DNA from: Candidatus Methanomethylophilaceae archaeon
Lineage (GTDB): Archaea; Thermoplasmatota; Thermoplasmata; Methanomassiliicoccales; Methanomethylophilaceae
Assembly (NCBI GenBank): GCA_944320495.1
Contig: CALUHR010000013.1
Span: 224,001 to 288,000, forward strand
Direction: 5' to 3'
Length of the DNA: 64,000 nt
A model generated the notes under the pieces. That model saw only the letters and a list, made by a program, of their open reading frames with translations. It ran no database searches and was not told the DNA's origin. Position numbers and translations under genes: made by a program. Positions 40,089-50,192 of the stretch are shown in pieces; position 1 is the stretch's first letter, and every line of letters starts with the position of its first letter.

Positions 40089-40244
40089 TTATTGGAACAG
40101 ATAGGTGTAGGCGAGGATTCCGACGATGAGGAGCGCCCCGAGCATCAGCATCCCGTAGGATATGATGTATATCGCGGAGAACGCCCGCTTGAACTTCACG
40201 GGGTCCTCCTTGATGTCCTCCAGGCGGTCCTCTATCGACTTCAC
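40089..40244 (-). CDS. Small single-TM protein (51 aa) at the end of the atp operon
   Basis: MKSIEDRLEDIKEDPVKFKRAFSAIYIISYGMLMLGALLIVGILAYTYLFQ; GTG overlaps the atpD TGA; GGAGGA SD. Below the ORF-track length cutoff. Confidence 0.7.
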   Translation of the reverse strand: MKSIEDRLEDIKEDPVKFKRAFSAIYIISYGMLMLGALLIVGILAYTYLFQ

Positions 40245-40876
40245 TCCTCCACCTCACCCTTTCCCTTGAGGTGTTTGAGACGGGTGGTGTTCTCGCGGTC
40301 CATCTCCTCGAGACGGAACTTGACGAACCTCTCCGACTCCTTGAGCTCGGGGATTATCTTGAACTCAAGGGCGTTGACACGCCTCTTGGTCTTCTCGATC
40401 TCGTCGAGCAGCTTCTTCATGGTGGTCTCCACCTCGGCGGCGCGGACGAGCGTGTCGAGAAGCTTCTCGAACGCCGCTGCGGCCTCCTCGATGTAGGCGG
40501 ATGTCGAGATCACACCATAGCCTTTGTCGAGCATGCTGGTGTGGATCCTCTCGGCCTCGACCTTGGGGACCATCATTCCCATGATGCTCTTGCTCCCGAG
40601 CTTGACCTGCGGGTCTGCCTTGAGGGCGTACGCCGCGCTCTTCACGGCGATCTCTCCCTCGACCGCTCTGGCGATGGTGATCTTCTCCATTGCCGACTCG
40701 TAGTCGGAGGAGACGCCCTCACGCATCTTCCTCGCCTTCTCCAGGACCTCGAAGAACTCGATGATGAGGCCGTCCCTCTTCATCTTCAGGATCTTGTACC
40801 CTCCCTGGGAGAGCTTGATCCTCTTCTTCAGGTCCAGGAGGACGGAGCGGTTGGGGGTGACATCGTGTGCGGCCAT
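40241..40876 (-). CDS. atpD: A1Ao ATP synthase subunit D
   Basis: LKMKRDGL and TKRRVNALE motifs. Confidence 0.96.
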   Translation of the reverse strand: MAAHDVTPNRSVLLDLKKRIKLSQGGYKILKMKRDGLIIEFFEVLEKARKMREGVSSDYESAMEKITIARAVEGEIAVKSAAYALKADPQVKLGSKSIMGMMVPKVEAERIHTSMLDKGYGVISTSAYIEEAAAAFEKLLDTLVRAAEVETTMKKLLDEIEKTKRRVNALEFKIIPELKESERFVKFRLEEMDRENTTRLKHLKGKGEVEE

Positions 40877-40880
40877 GGGA

Positions 40881-42260
40881 TCACTTCTTCGGCAGGTACT
40901 TCTCGATGTACTTGCGGTCGATCCTGGTCAGCTGGTCGAGGTCGAGCTCGGTGAAGATCTCCCATCCGATATCGAGGGTCTCCTCGATCGAACGGTCCTC
41001 GTCGATGCCCTGGCGGACGATGCGGTCCTCGAAGATGTCGGCGAAGTCCAGGAGCTTCCTGTCCTTGGCGGAGAGGGAGTCCTTTCCGACGATGGCCACG
41101 AGTCCGCGGAGGTCCTTACCCTCGGCGTAGGACGCATAGAGCTGGTCGGAGACCGCCTTGTGGTCCTCACGGGTCTTGCCCTTTCCGGTTCCGCCTCCCA
41201 TCAGCCTGGACAGGGACGAGGAGACGTTGACCGGCGGGTAGATACCGTTCCTGTGGAGCTCCATCGACAGAACGATCTGACCCTCGGTGATGTAACCGGA
41301 GAGGTCGGGGATCGGGTGGGTGATGTCTCCGCCGGGCATGGTCAGGATGGGGATCTGGGTGATGGAACCCTTCTTGCCCTTGATCCTTCCCGCACGCTCG
41401 TACAGCTGGGCGAGGTCGGTGTACATGTAACCGGGGTAACCGCGCCTTCCGGGCACCTCCTCACGGGCCGCTCCGATCTGACGGAGGGCCTCGCAGTAGT
41501 TGGTGATGTCGGTCATGATGACCAGCACCTGCATGCCCAGGTCGAACGCCATGTACTCCGCGGTGGTGAGACCGAGACGCGGGGTGAGGGTACGCTCGAC
41601 GGCGGGGTCGTCGGCGAGGTTCAGGAAGACGACGGCGTTCTTCAGAGCGCCGGTCCTCTCGAACTCCTTCATGAACATCTGCTTCTCTTCGTTGGTGATA
41701 CCCATGGCGATGAACACCACAGCGAACTCCTCGTTCTCGCCGCGGACCTTGGCCTGCCTGGCGATCTGAAGGGCCATCTCGTTGTGGGGGAGACCGGACT
41801 GCGAGAAGATCGGCAGCTTCTGTCCCCTGACGAGGGTGTTCATTCCGTCGATGGTCGAGATTCCCGTCTGGATGAAATCGGACGGGCTGTCCCTGGCCCA
41901 CGGGTTGATGGCGGCTCCGGTGATGTCGACCTCCTTCTCGGGGACGATCCTGGCTCCGCCGTCGAGGGGCTCTCCGGCTCCGGAGAGAACCCTTCCGAGC
42001 ATGTCCTTGGAGACGGGCATCTTCATGGTCTCGCCGAGGAAGCGAACGGACGCATCCCTGTCGACACCGGAGGTGCCCTCGAAGACCTGGACGACGACGA
42101 TGTCGTTGGACGAGTCGAGGACCTGTCCCCTCCTCATGGTACCGTCGGACATCCTGATGTTGACCATCTCGTAGTAACCGACGGGCTCGGTGTTCTTGAC
42201 GTACACCAGAGGTCCGGCGATCTGGGAGATCGTCTTGTACTCTTTGGATACTTCTGCCAT
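40881..42260 (-). CDS. atpB: A1Ao ATP synthase subunit B
   Basis: [19 protein letters not shown] and [14 protein letters not shown] motifs. Confidence 0.98.
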   Translation of the reverse strand: MAEVSKEYKTISQIAGPLVYVKNTEPVGYYEMVNIRMSDGTMRRGQVLDSSNDIVVVQVFEGTSGVDRDASVRFLGETMKMPVSKDMLGRVLSGAGEPLDGGARIVPEKEVDITGAAINPWARDSPSDFIQTGISTIDGMNTLVRGQKLPIFSQSGLPHNEMALQIARQAKVRGENEEFAVVFIAMGITNEEKQMFMKEFERTGALKNAVVFLNLADDPAVERTLTPRLGLTTAEYMAFDLGMQVLVIMTDITNYCEALRQIGAAREEVPGRRGYPGYMYTDLAQLYERAGRIKGKKGSITQIPILTMPGGDITHPIPDLSGYITEGQIVLSMELHRNGIYPPVNVSSSLSRLMGGGTGKGKTREDHKAVSDQLYASYAEGKDLRGLVAIVGKDSLSAKDRKLLDFADIFEDRIVRQGIDEDRSIEETLDIGWEIFTELDLDQLTRIDRKYIEKYLPKK

Positions 42261-42265
42261 GTGAA

Positions 42266-43996
42266 TCACACTCCCAGCTCGGCGAACTGCTTGTCCATGT
42301 CCTCGCTGACGGCCTGAAGCTCGGCGTCGATGTTCTCCTCGTACTTGGCCTGGTTGAACCTGGACCTGACGGGGAGGTACGCGATCTTGTCGACCTGGAC
42401 GCCGGCCGCGAGGGCCTTGTCGGACAGGTCGGAGTACTTCTTGATCAGGCCGAGCATGACGTGCTGCCTCTGGATGGGGCAGTAGCAGTCCACGGGGTGG
42501 TACGCATTCTGCTGGAGGAAGATCTCACGGATCATCTTGGCGACCTCGAGGGTCATCTTCTGCTCGTCCGGCAGAGAGTCGGAACCGACCATCTGCACGA
42601 CCTCCTGCAGCTCGGACTCCTTCTGGAGGACCTGCATGGCCCACGCCCTGAGGGTGGGGAAGTCCTCGGCGACATTGGCCTTGTACCAGTCGACCAGCTG
42701 TTTGTCGTACATGGTGTACGAGGTCAGCCAGTTGATGGTGGGGAAGTGACGCCTCTCCCTCAGCTTGGTGTCCAGCGCCCAGAAGACGCGGACGATACGG
42801 AGGGTGTTCTGAGTGACCGGCTCGGACAGGTCTCCTCCGGGCGGGGAGACGGCTCCGATGACGGAGATGGATCCGTCCTCTCCACAGAGGGCCCTTGCAC
42901 GGCAGGCACGCTCGTAGAACTCGGACAGACGTCCGGCGAGGTACGCGGGGTAACCCTCCTCACCGGGCATCTCCTCGAGCCTGGAGGAGATCTCACGCAT
43001 GGCCTCGGCCCACCTGGAGGTGGAGTCGGCCATCAGCGCGACGTTGTATCCCATGTCGCGGAAGTACTCGGCGATGGTCATGCCGGTGTAGACGGACGCC
43101 TCACGGGCCGCCACAGGCATGTTGGAGGTGTTGGCGATCAGGACGGTCCTCTTCATCAGGGACTCGCCGGTCCTGGGGTCCACCAGCTCGGGGAACTCTG
43201 TCAGAACCTCGGTCATCTCGTTTCCGCGCTCGCCGCATCCGATGTAGACGACGATCTCGGCGTCGGAGTACTTGGCCAGGGACTGCTGGGTGACGGTCTT
43301 TCCGGTACCGAACGCACCGGGGATGGCGGCCGCACCTCCCTTGGCCAGGGGGAACATCGTGTCGAGGACACGGAGTCCGGTGACCAGGGGGACATCCGGC
43401 TGGTACTTCTCGGCGACGGGCCTGGGGACACGGACGGGCCAGTGCTGGCACATCGTGACCTCTTTGCCGTCGATGACGGCGACGGTCTCGTCGACGGTGA
43501 AGGATCCGCTCTTGATGGAGTCGATCTTTCCCTTCTTGATGTCGATGGGGACCATGATCTTGTGGACCATGGGCCCCTCCTGGACGGTACCGATGACCTG
43601 TCCAGCGGCGACCTCGTCTCCGACGTTGGCGACGGGGACGAAGTCCCATTTCTTCTCGTGGTCAAGACCGGGGGCGGAGACTCCGCGGTAGATGAAGTCT
43701 CCCATCTTCTCCCTGAGTACGGGCAGGGGCCTCTGGATTCCGTCGTAGACCGAGGTCAGGAGACCGGGTCCGAGCTCGACGGACAGGGGTTTGCCCGTGT
43801 TGGTGACGGGCTCACCAGGTTTGATACCGGACGTGTCCTCGTAAACCTGGATGATGGAGTAGTCGCCGATGATCTTGATGACCTCACCCATCAGCTGCTC
43901 CTTGCCCACGTGCACGACGTCGTACATCTTGGGGGAGATGCCTGTGGCGGTCACCACGGGTCCGGCGACCCTGTAGATTACACCTTCAGTGCTCAT
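42266..43996 (-). CDS. atpA: A1Ao ATP synthase subunit A
   Basis: [18 protein letters not shown] and [11 protein letters not shown] motifs; no intein. Confidence 0.98.
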   Translation of the reverse strand: MSTEGVIYRVAGPVVTATGISPKMYDVVHVGKEQLMGEVIKIIGDYSIIQVYEDTSGIKPGEPVTNTGKPLSVELGPGLLTSVYDGIQRPLPVLREKMGDFIYRGVSAPGLDHEKKWDFVPVANVGDEVAAGQVIGTVQEGPMVHKIMVPIDIKKGKIDSIKSGSFTVDETVAVIDGKEVTMCQHWPVRVPRPVAEKYQPDVPLVTGLRVLDTMFPLAKGGAAAIPGAFGTGKTVTQQSLAKYSDAEIVVYIGCGERGNEMTEVLTEFPELVDPRTGESLMKRTVLIANTSNMPVAAREASVYTGMTIAEYFRDMGYNVALMADSTSRWAEAMREISSRLEEMPGEEGYPAYLAGRLSEFYERACRARALCGEDGSISVIGAVSPPGGDLSEPVTQNTLRIVRVFWALDTKLRERRHFPTINWLTSYTMYDKQLVDWYKANVAEDFPTLRAWAMQVLQKESELQEVVQMVGSDSLPDEQKMTLEVAKMIREIFLQQNAYHPVDCYCPIQRQHVMLGLIKKYSDLSDKALAAGVQVDKIAYLPVRSRFNQAKYEENIDAELQAVSEDMDKQFAELGV

Positions 43997-44302
43997 TTAT
44001 TCATCCTCTGATTTGTATAAGTCAACTCCAATCGCTCTCTTCACCTTCTCACGGAGATCGCTCTGATCCCCTCCGACCGGCACGACGACGGGCTGGATCG
44101 AATCCATGACCCTGTGCCTGACGGCGAAAGAGAGGTTGTCCAGATCCTTCGCGTCCACTGCGAGGATACCGATGTTGGGCTGGGACATCGCCTCCAGCAT
44201 TTTTTCCTGGTAGTTGTCTTTCTCAGCAACGAAGACGCGCCTGATACCGGCGAGCCTGAAGCCGAGCACGAACTCATCGCTGCCTATTACTGCGATCTCC
44301 AT
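43997..44302 (-). CDS. atpF: A1Ao ATP synthase subunit F
   Basis: IAVIGSDEFVLGFRLAG and LREKVKRAIGVDL motifs. Confidence 0.95.
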   Translation of the reverse strand: MEIAVIGSDEFVLGFRLAGIRRVFVAEKDNYQEKMLEAMSQPNIGILAVDAKDLDNLSFAVRHRVMDSIQPVVVPVGGDQSDLREKVKRAIGVDLYKSEDE

Positions 44303-45357
44303 CGGATCACCAGCAACCCTTTGATGGTGTCTGCGTCCAGTCCGCTCTCCACTCCCCTCGAGATGGTCCTGATGTTGCTGACCTCGATCTCCTTGTGGAT
44401 CATGTAGTCGATGATGGGGACCACCGACAGGGGGTACATGTGGGAGAACTTGTTCGCGGCGGCGATCTCGTACTTCTTCATCTCGGTGACGACCTCCCTG
44501 ATGCTCACCTTGTCGGATTCCACGAGTCCCTTGATGGAGTCGTAGAATTCGAGGCGGGACAGGTCGGAGGACGCGGCGGCGATGGTCTCCGCGTTGGCGA
44601 GCTGAGTCGCGTAGCGGGTGTCGATCTGCCTTCCCCCGGGGATGATGTACTTCATCACGACCTCGCCGTGGATCCCCTCCGCCTTGAGCTTGAGGATCGT
44701 CTCGAGGTTCTTGATGTCGATCTCCGTCCTGACGTAGTCCTGGAACATCCTGGTCGGCCTGGAGGTGGGGTTGATGCTCTTGACCAGCCTCACGTAGTGG
44801 GCCTTGTCCAGGTAGTCCTCGATCTCTCCCAGGTTCCCGGTCGACTTGTAGGTCGAGATGACGTCCTGGGGGATCGTGATGTGTTCCATCTTGTCGTAGT
44901 TCGCGATTATGTCTTCCACACTGTCGAGCGAGAGCAGCTTCTCCAGAGACTCGGAGTCCAGACTTCCGGCGGGGACCAGGTCCTCCCTGATTCCCTCGGG
45001 GTCAAGTCCGTACGACTTGCCGCGCAGGATGACCTTCAGGTTCCAGATGTCCCACTTCTCGAGGTACGCCTGGACCATGCCCTTGAGCTCTCCCTGGGAG
45101 GCCTGCAGGATGCTGCTGAACACCTTCGCCATGTTGGTGTAGGTGGCGTGCTCCACGAGGTCCATCCCCTCCAGCCTGCCGGCGAGGTCGGTCATCTCCT
45201 TCTGATAACCGGACTCGCTGATGTAGCGGGAGATCTCCGGGACGCTCATGAGCAGCATCTTGTTGTAGTCCTCGTCCTTGAGGAGAAGGGCCTTCTTGGC
45301 CTTCACCCTGGACACGGCATACGCGTAGTTGCCTGCCCTTCCGCTGCGGTTGAACAT
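44302..45357 (-). CDS. atpC: A1Ao ATP synthase subunit C (ends at CGA 44304-44302, overlapping the atpF ATG)
   Basis: YAYAVSRVKAKK, WDIWNLKVILR and EVSNIR...LLVI. The standard-code ORF ends at 44287. Confidence 0.93.
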
Positions 45358-45362
45358 TGCTC

Positions 45363-45920
45363 TCACCCGAAGAGGATGTCGGACACCTTCTTGATCTCGC
45401 GGTCCCAGATGGACTGCAGGATCGTGGAGTACTGCATGTCGACCTCGACGGAGCCGTCCTCGCTCTGGAAGATCAGTCCGGAGGAGATCTTGGAGTCCTT
45501 CACGACCTCGCTGACACCGAGCTCGGCGGCGGTGAAGTCGTCCTTCTCGGACATGAGAGCCCTGGGGTTCTCGATGATGCCCTTGGCGACTTTGACCATT
45601 GCCTTGTACTGGGTGAGCTTCTCCGCGGCGGAGGCGCCCTCCAGGTCAGCGAGCATGCTGTCGAACGTCTGGGCGAGGATCTCCTTCTTCTTAGCAAGGA
45701 CGATCTTCTTGCTCTCGAGCTCGGCGCTGGAGAGCTCCTGGCGCTCGAGGCGCTCAATGGCCTCCTTCAGCCTCTTGTCCTCTTTCTCCTTCAACTCGGC
45801 GATCTTCGCCTCGGCGTCGGCGGTGATCTTCGCGACCTCCTCGTCAGCCTCGGCCTTCAGGGCAGCCGCCTTGGCGTCTGCATCCCTGGAGATCTCCTGA
45901 GTTACGTTCGCTAGTGCCAT
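45363..45920 (-). CDS. atpE: A1Ao ATP synthase subunit E
   Basis: Coiled-coil N-terminus, SSGLIFQSEDGSVEVD, and operon position. Confidence 0.92.
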   Translation of the reverse strand: MALANVTQEISRDADAKAAALKAEADEEVAKITADAEAKIAELKEKEDKRLKEAIERLERQELSSAELESKKIVLAKKKEILAQTFDSMLADLEGASAAEKLTQYKAMVKVAKGIIENPRALMSEKDDFTAAELGVSEVVKDSKISSGLIFQSEDGSVEVDMQYSTILQSIWDREIKKVSDILFG

Positions 45921-45939
45921 GAGAATACCTCTCGACGGC

Positions 45940-46179
45940 TCACATCACGAAGATACAGAGGATAGAGATGACCAGACCGAAGATGACGATAGTCTCGGGC
46001 AGCACGGTGAACATCAGCGCCTTTCCGAAGAGGGACATGTCCTCGGTGATGGCTCCGACGGCCGCGGCTCCGATGTCTTTCTCGGCCATACCGGATCCGA
46101 TACCGGCGAGTCCGACGGCGAGTCCAGCTCCAATAGCGACGAGTCCAGGGGTAATGTCGACGATTCCGTTCTCTATCAT
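45940..46179 (-). CDS. atpK: A1Ao ATP synthase subunit K (c, proteolipid)
   Basis: GAGLAVGLAGIGSG glycine motif and the ion-binding Glu in LPETIVIFG; single hairpin. Confidence 0.95.
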   Translation of the reverse strand: MIENGIVDITPGLVAIGAGLAVGLAGIGSGMAEKDIGAAAVGAITEDMSLFGKALMFTVLPETIVIFGLVISILCIFVM

Positions 46180-46201
46180 TTGTTACACCTCATTGTTTGC
46201 T

Positions 46202-48274
46202 TTACGCGTTGGTTGAAACTGTTTTCTTGCGTTTGATTGCGAGAGGCTCAAACTCGATTCCTCCGCCGTCGAAGAACTTGGCCATGAACTCCACGTACTG
46301 CAACCTGAGACCGTGCAGACCGGCGGAGATGATAGCCAGAGTCCAGATCATAAGATGGCCGAAGGCGATCATGATCAGGCAGAACACCAGACCGACGATG
46401 CTTCCCTCGAATGATCCAGTTCCCGCGGTCGCGTCCCAGACATAGCCTCCGAACATGTCGATGGCGATGTAGTTGAACGCGAGCGCCATACCCGCCTTGG
46501 ACATACCGATGGCAGCCAGACGAGCGTATGAAAGGACGTTTCCGATGATTCCGGGCAGCTCCAGGATAGCCTGCGCACCCTCGTGGCGGTTCAGGACCGT
46601 TCCGACGATGATCAGGACGATACCGAGGATGATGCACACCAGGTCAACGGTCATCAGGCCCGACTCGAGCCAGAAGATAAGGTAGTTGGCGAGTCCGTAG
46701 CACATGAAGACGATTCCGAGGAAGGCGAGCAGCCAGCCGCCCTTCTCCATGAACGCGTGCTTGAATCCGTGCTGGATCGTCTTGTTGTAGATGGCGCATA
46801 TGTACCCCAGTGCGAGGTGCACGACACCGATGTAGACGGTCAGCTTCATCAGGAAGCCGATCCACTCGGCACCGATCTTGCTGACTCCGTGGCCCTCGGG
46901 CAGGAACGAGAAGAAGCCGGCGATGGCCTCGTGGTTGAGACCCAGCAGCTGCTCCCATGTATGGGTGACTCCATCAGTCGGGATGCCGACGAAGTGCATT
47001 CCGAGGCATTCTCCGAAGAAGAAGAATCCGAAGATGAATGCCCATATTCCTCCGAAGAAGAACACGGTGGCGATTGCGCGCCAGTCTTTGTGGTGCGTGA
47101 CCTTGAGGCCGTACGCTCCAAGGATTATGAACGGGATTGCATATCCCACGTCTCCGACCATGAACCCGAAGAACAGGGGGAAGAAGATGGCGATCAGGAT
47201 GGAAGGGTCAATCTCCTGATACTTGGGCACCGACACCAGCTTGGTGGGGTACTCGAACTCCTTCGCGACCACTCCGTTGTTCATCTTGGTCGGCGGTTCC
47301 CTGAACCTCTTCTCGATGTCGTCCACTCCGTCGAGGGACCTGCCGCGGGTCTCCTGGACCTCCACGTAGACGCTCTCGACCTTGGTCTCGAGCTCGTTCT
47401 TGACGAACCCGGCCTTGGACTCGGGCACCCACGCGTCGATCACGAAGGTGTACTCGCTGTTGGCAATCCTGAGGGGAAGCTCCCCTTTCTCGACCTCGAT
47501 GGACAACTCCTCATCGGAGGCTTCGAGGAAATCCGTATACTTCACCATGAGGCTCTCGATATGTTTTCCGATGCTGTCGAGCTCGCTCGTCGCAGCCTCT
47601 TCCTCGCGCGCAATCGCCGTGAGGGCGGCGGACGGGGATCCGGTGATGCCCTCGGGGACGACGATCTCGGAGAAGCCGTGCTCGGCCAGAATGCTCTGGA
47701 CCTTGTCACGGACCTCGTTCCTGGCGAAGACCGCTATGACATTGCCCTCCTTCTTGTCGAAGGAGGAGAAGACCTCCACATCCGCGTTGACGAGGTCTGT
47801 GGAGGGGTCGTCTGCGACGGTGCCGACCATGGAGAATATGCTCCTGTAACCGGAGTACATCTCGAGGTCGATCGGCAGCCTGGAAAGGATTTCGAGATTC
47901 CTCTTGGTAGCGCTTAGCTCGGTGATTCTCTGATTGAGATCATTCCGCCTGTCGAAGACGGCATTAACCTCCGCCTCGACAGTCTCGACGCTGTCAGATG
48001 AAATCTGGCTCTTGATCTCGGCCTCGGGTATGGGGTTGGACTTCACCTTGGGGGTGATGCCGAGTCCCTTCTCCATCGCACGCACCTTCAGCAGCCTCTC
48101 GGATGCCTTAGGCGAGTACGGACGGGAAGTCCCGAGACTGAAACCTTCATCCGCGCCGACGGTATGATCGATCAGGTGGATGGATCCTACATCGTAGATG
48201 ACCTGGATGGCATCGTCGATGTGGGATTTGGCACCCACAATCACAATCCTACTCATCGACTCAGGAAGTGACAT
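46202..48274 (-). CDS. atpI: A1Ao ATP synthase subunit I (a)
   Basis: FFGFMVGDVGY, NVLSYARLAA and HGLRLQYVEF motifs. Confidence 0.96.
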   Translation of the reverse strand: MSLPESMSRIVIVGAKSHIDDAIQVIYDVGSIHLIDHTVGADEGFSLGTSRPYSPKASERLLKVRAMEKGLGITPKVKSNPIPEAEIKSQISSDSVETVEAEVNAVFDRRNDLNQRITELSATKRNLEILSRLPIDLEMYSGYRSIFSMVGTVADDPSTDLVNADVEVFSSFDKKEGNVIAVFARNEVRDKVQSILAEHGFSEIVVPEGITGSPSAALTAIAREEEAATSELDSIGKHIESLMVKYTDFLEASDEELSIEVEKGELPLRIANSEYTFVIDAWVPESKAGFVKNELETKVESVYVEVQETRGRSLDGVDDIEKRFREPPTKMNNGVVAKEFEYPTKLVSVPKYQEIDPSILIAIFFPLFFGFMVGDVGYAIPFIILGAYGLKVTHHKDWRAIATVFFFGGIWAFIFGFFFFGECLGMHFVGIPTDGVTHTWEQLLGLNHEAIAGFFSFLPEGHGVSKIGAEWIGFLMKLTVYIGVVHLALGYICAIYNKTIQHGFKHAFMEKGGWLLAFLGIVFMCYGLANYLIFWLESGLMTVDLVCIILGIVLIIVGTVLNRHEGAQAILELPGIIGNVLSYARLAAIGMSKAGMALAFNYIAIDMFGGYVWDATAGTGSFEGSIVGLVFCLIMIAFGHLMIWTLAIISAGLHGLRLQYVEFMAKFFDGGGIEFEPLAIKRKKTVSTNA

Positions 48275-48593
48275 TTAGGGTCCTCTCGAATTCATTTTTG
48301 AGAAAATCTTTGACTTCCTGCATTTTCGCCTCGGAGCCCTTGGTGAAGGTCTCGGCCTCCAGCCTGCCGGTGGCAAGCATGGACTCGCGCTTGACCTTCA
48401 GGTCGGCGGTCTCCTTGGCGATCGCGGATTCGTAAGAGCTGCGCATCTGAGCCTCAGCGTCCTGAATCTTCTTCACAGAATCCCTGCGGGATTCGGCGAT
48501 GGCGGACTTCTTGTCGGCCTCGGCCTGAGCGACCTTGGCGTCGGCATCCGCCTCCGCTTTCTTAATTTCCGAAAGTATGTCGATTCGGCTCAA
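48261..48593 (-). CDS. atpH: A1Ao ATP synthase subunit H
   Basis: IL.EIKKAEADAD coiled coil; first gene of the operon. The likely TTG start puts CGA at codon 3 (see findings). Confidence 0.85.
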   Translation of the reverse strand: MSRIDILSEIKKAEADADAKVAQAEADKKSAIAESRRDSVKKIQDAEAQMRSSYESAIAKETADLKVKRESMLATGRLEAETFTKGSEAKMQEVKDFLKNEFERTLNVTS

Positions 48594-48702
48594 ATTCAAC
48601 ACTCCCCGACCCTAGGAGTTCGTATCTTCTCGCGATACTTAACTATAACCCCCTCCAGAGGGTGCTGGGTGGCGGACGGCACGATAAGAGCCAGACGCTC
48701 CA

Positions 48703-49152
48703 TCATTGGAGATGGAACTGTCTTGTCACAATGTCAGTCTCTTTGAGAAGGCTGTGGGACAGATCGTCGATGTATCCCTCGTCGTAGACGATCTCCCTGA
48801 TTCCCGCGTTGATGAGGATCTTGGCACACATGGAGCACGGGAACGTGGTCGTGTATATCGTCGCCCCGTTCACGCTGACGCCGAAATATGCGGCCTGGGT
48901 CACCGCGTTCTGTTCTGCGTGGACGCCCCTACACAGCTCGTGCCTGGTCCCGGACGGGATGTTCATCTGGACTCTGATACAACCGAGCTCCTCGCAGTGG
49001 CGCGTACCCTTGGGGGAACCGTTGTAGCCCGTGGACAGAACCCTCTTGTCCTTGACGATGACGGCCCCTACCTTCCTCCTGAGGCATGTGGACCTCGTGG
49101 AGACGAGCCGGGCCATCTGCATAAAGTACTCGTCGTTGCTGGGTCTGTCCAT
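48703..49152 (-). CDS. dCMP deaminase family protein
   Basis: [22 protein letters not shown] and PCSMC zinc motifs. Confidence 0.92.
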   Translation of the reverse strand: MDRPSNDEYFMQMARLVSTRSTCLRRKVGAVIVKDKRVLSTGYNGSPKGTRHCEELGCIRVQMNIPSGTRHELCRGVHAEQNAVTQAAYFGVSVNGATIYTTTFPCSMCAKILINAGIREIVYDEGYIDDLSHSLLKETDIVTRQFHLQ

Positions 49153-49254
49153 ACGCTTGTATCATGCGTCACATATAAGGGAATTCTGAACGGAAACTGG
49201 GTCGTCCGGACGTCCGTACTGTTTTTATTTATTCGAAACCAGTTGTGGTGTCCA

Positions 49255-50112
49255 GTGAGCGGGGACAACAAGGGATTCATTCTGACGATTCTGGTCATAG
49301 TCATCGTGTTTGTCGGCGGATACGCCGCACTCGTAGTGTACACAGGATCCAGCGTCCCCTTCAGCTCCGTCGTCTCCGAGAGCATGCAGCACGACAACGA
49401 CAGGTCCCAGATCGGCGTCATAGACACCGGGGACATAGTCATCGTGCGCGACCCGGACAAGACCGACATCCACAGCTACGTGGAGAGCGTCGCCGACGGC
49501 TACGAGTCCTTCGGGAACTACGGATCCGTGATAATCTACAACCGCGTGGGACAGAACCCCGTCATCCACAGAGCGATGCTGTGGCTGGACTACAACGGGG
49601 ACGGAACGTGGTCAGCTCCCGACCTCGCGAACATCCAAGGAAGCTGGTACTATCAATACGAGACCGTGAACAGCGAGACCGGCGAGGTCACCGTCACGAG
49701 GGGCACTGACTACATGAACATACGCGGGGAGCTCCACTTCCTTGACCTGGACGGAAAGACCCCGTACATCGACCTGGATTCCCTCGCAGTCAAGAAGAGC
49801 GGATTCCTCACCATGGGCGACAACCACGAGACCAACCCGAACTTCGACCAGCAGTCCGGGATAGTCGACCATCTGATCTCCCATGAGGACATCAAATCGG
49901 TGGCGGTCATCGAGATTCCATGGATGGGATCCCTGAAGCTGCTCATCAACGGAAGCGACAATCTGGCACATGTGCCGAACAGCGTCCCGTCCCTGATAAT
50001 GGAGATAGTCCTCGTGTTCTCGGCGCTCATGCTCCTCGATTTCCTCACCGTGTTCAGATACAACAGGAAGAGACAGAGGAAGATCGAGCTGGTCGAGAAG
50101 TGGAAGGGACGA
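49255..50112 (+). CDS. Signal peptidase I (S26, archaeal Ser-His type; ends at CGA 50110-50112)
   Basis: N-terminal TM, VVSESMQH, VIHRA, TMGDN and a C-terminal TM. Lies within ORF-track frame 48706..50226. Confidence 0.85.
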
Positions 50113-50116
50113 CGCC

Positions 50117-50148
50117 GACCCACCCACCCCTCCATTTCCACTGCGAAC
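50117..50148 (-). repeat. ORB-like element, left copy of a 32-bp inverted pair
   Basis: GACCCACCCACCCCTCCATTTCCACTGCGAAC is the exact reverse complement of 51694-51725. Confidence 0.8.
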
Positions 50149-50192
50149 TCCGGAAGGGTGTACCCCCTTCGAAGACACGTGAAAAACGACGC

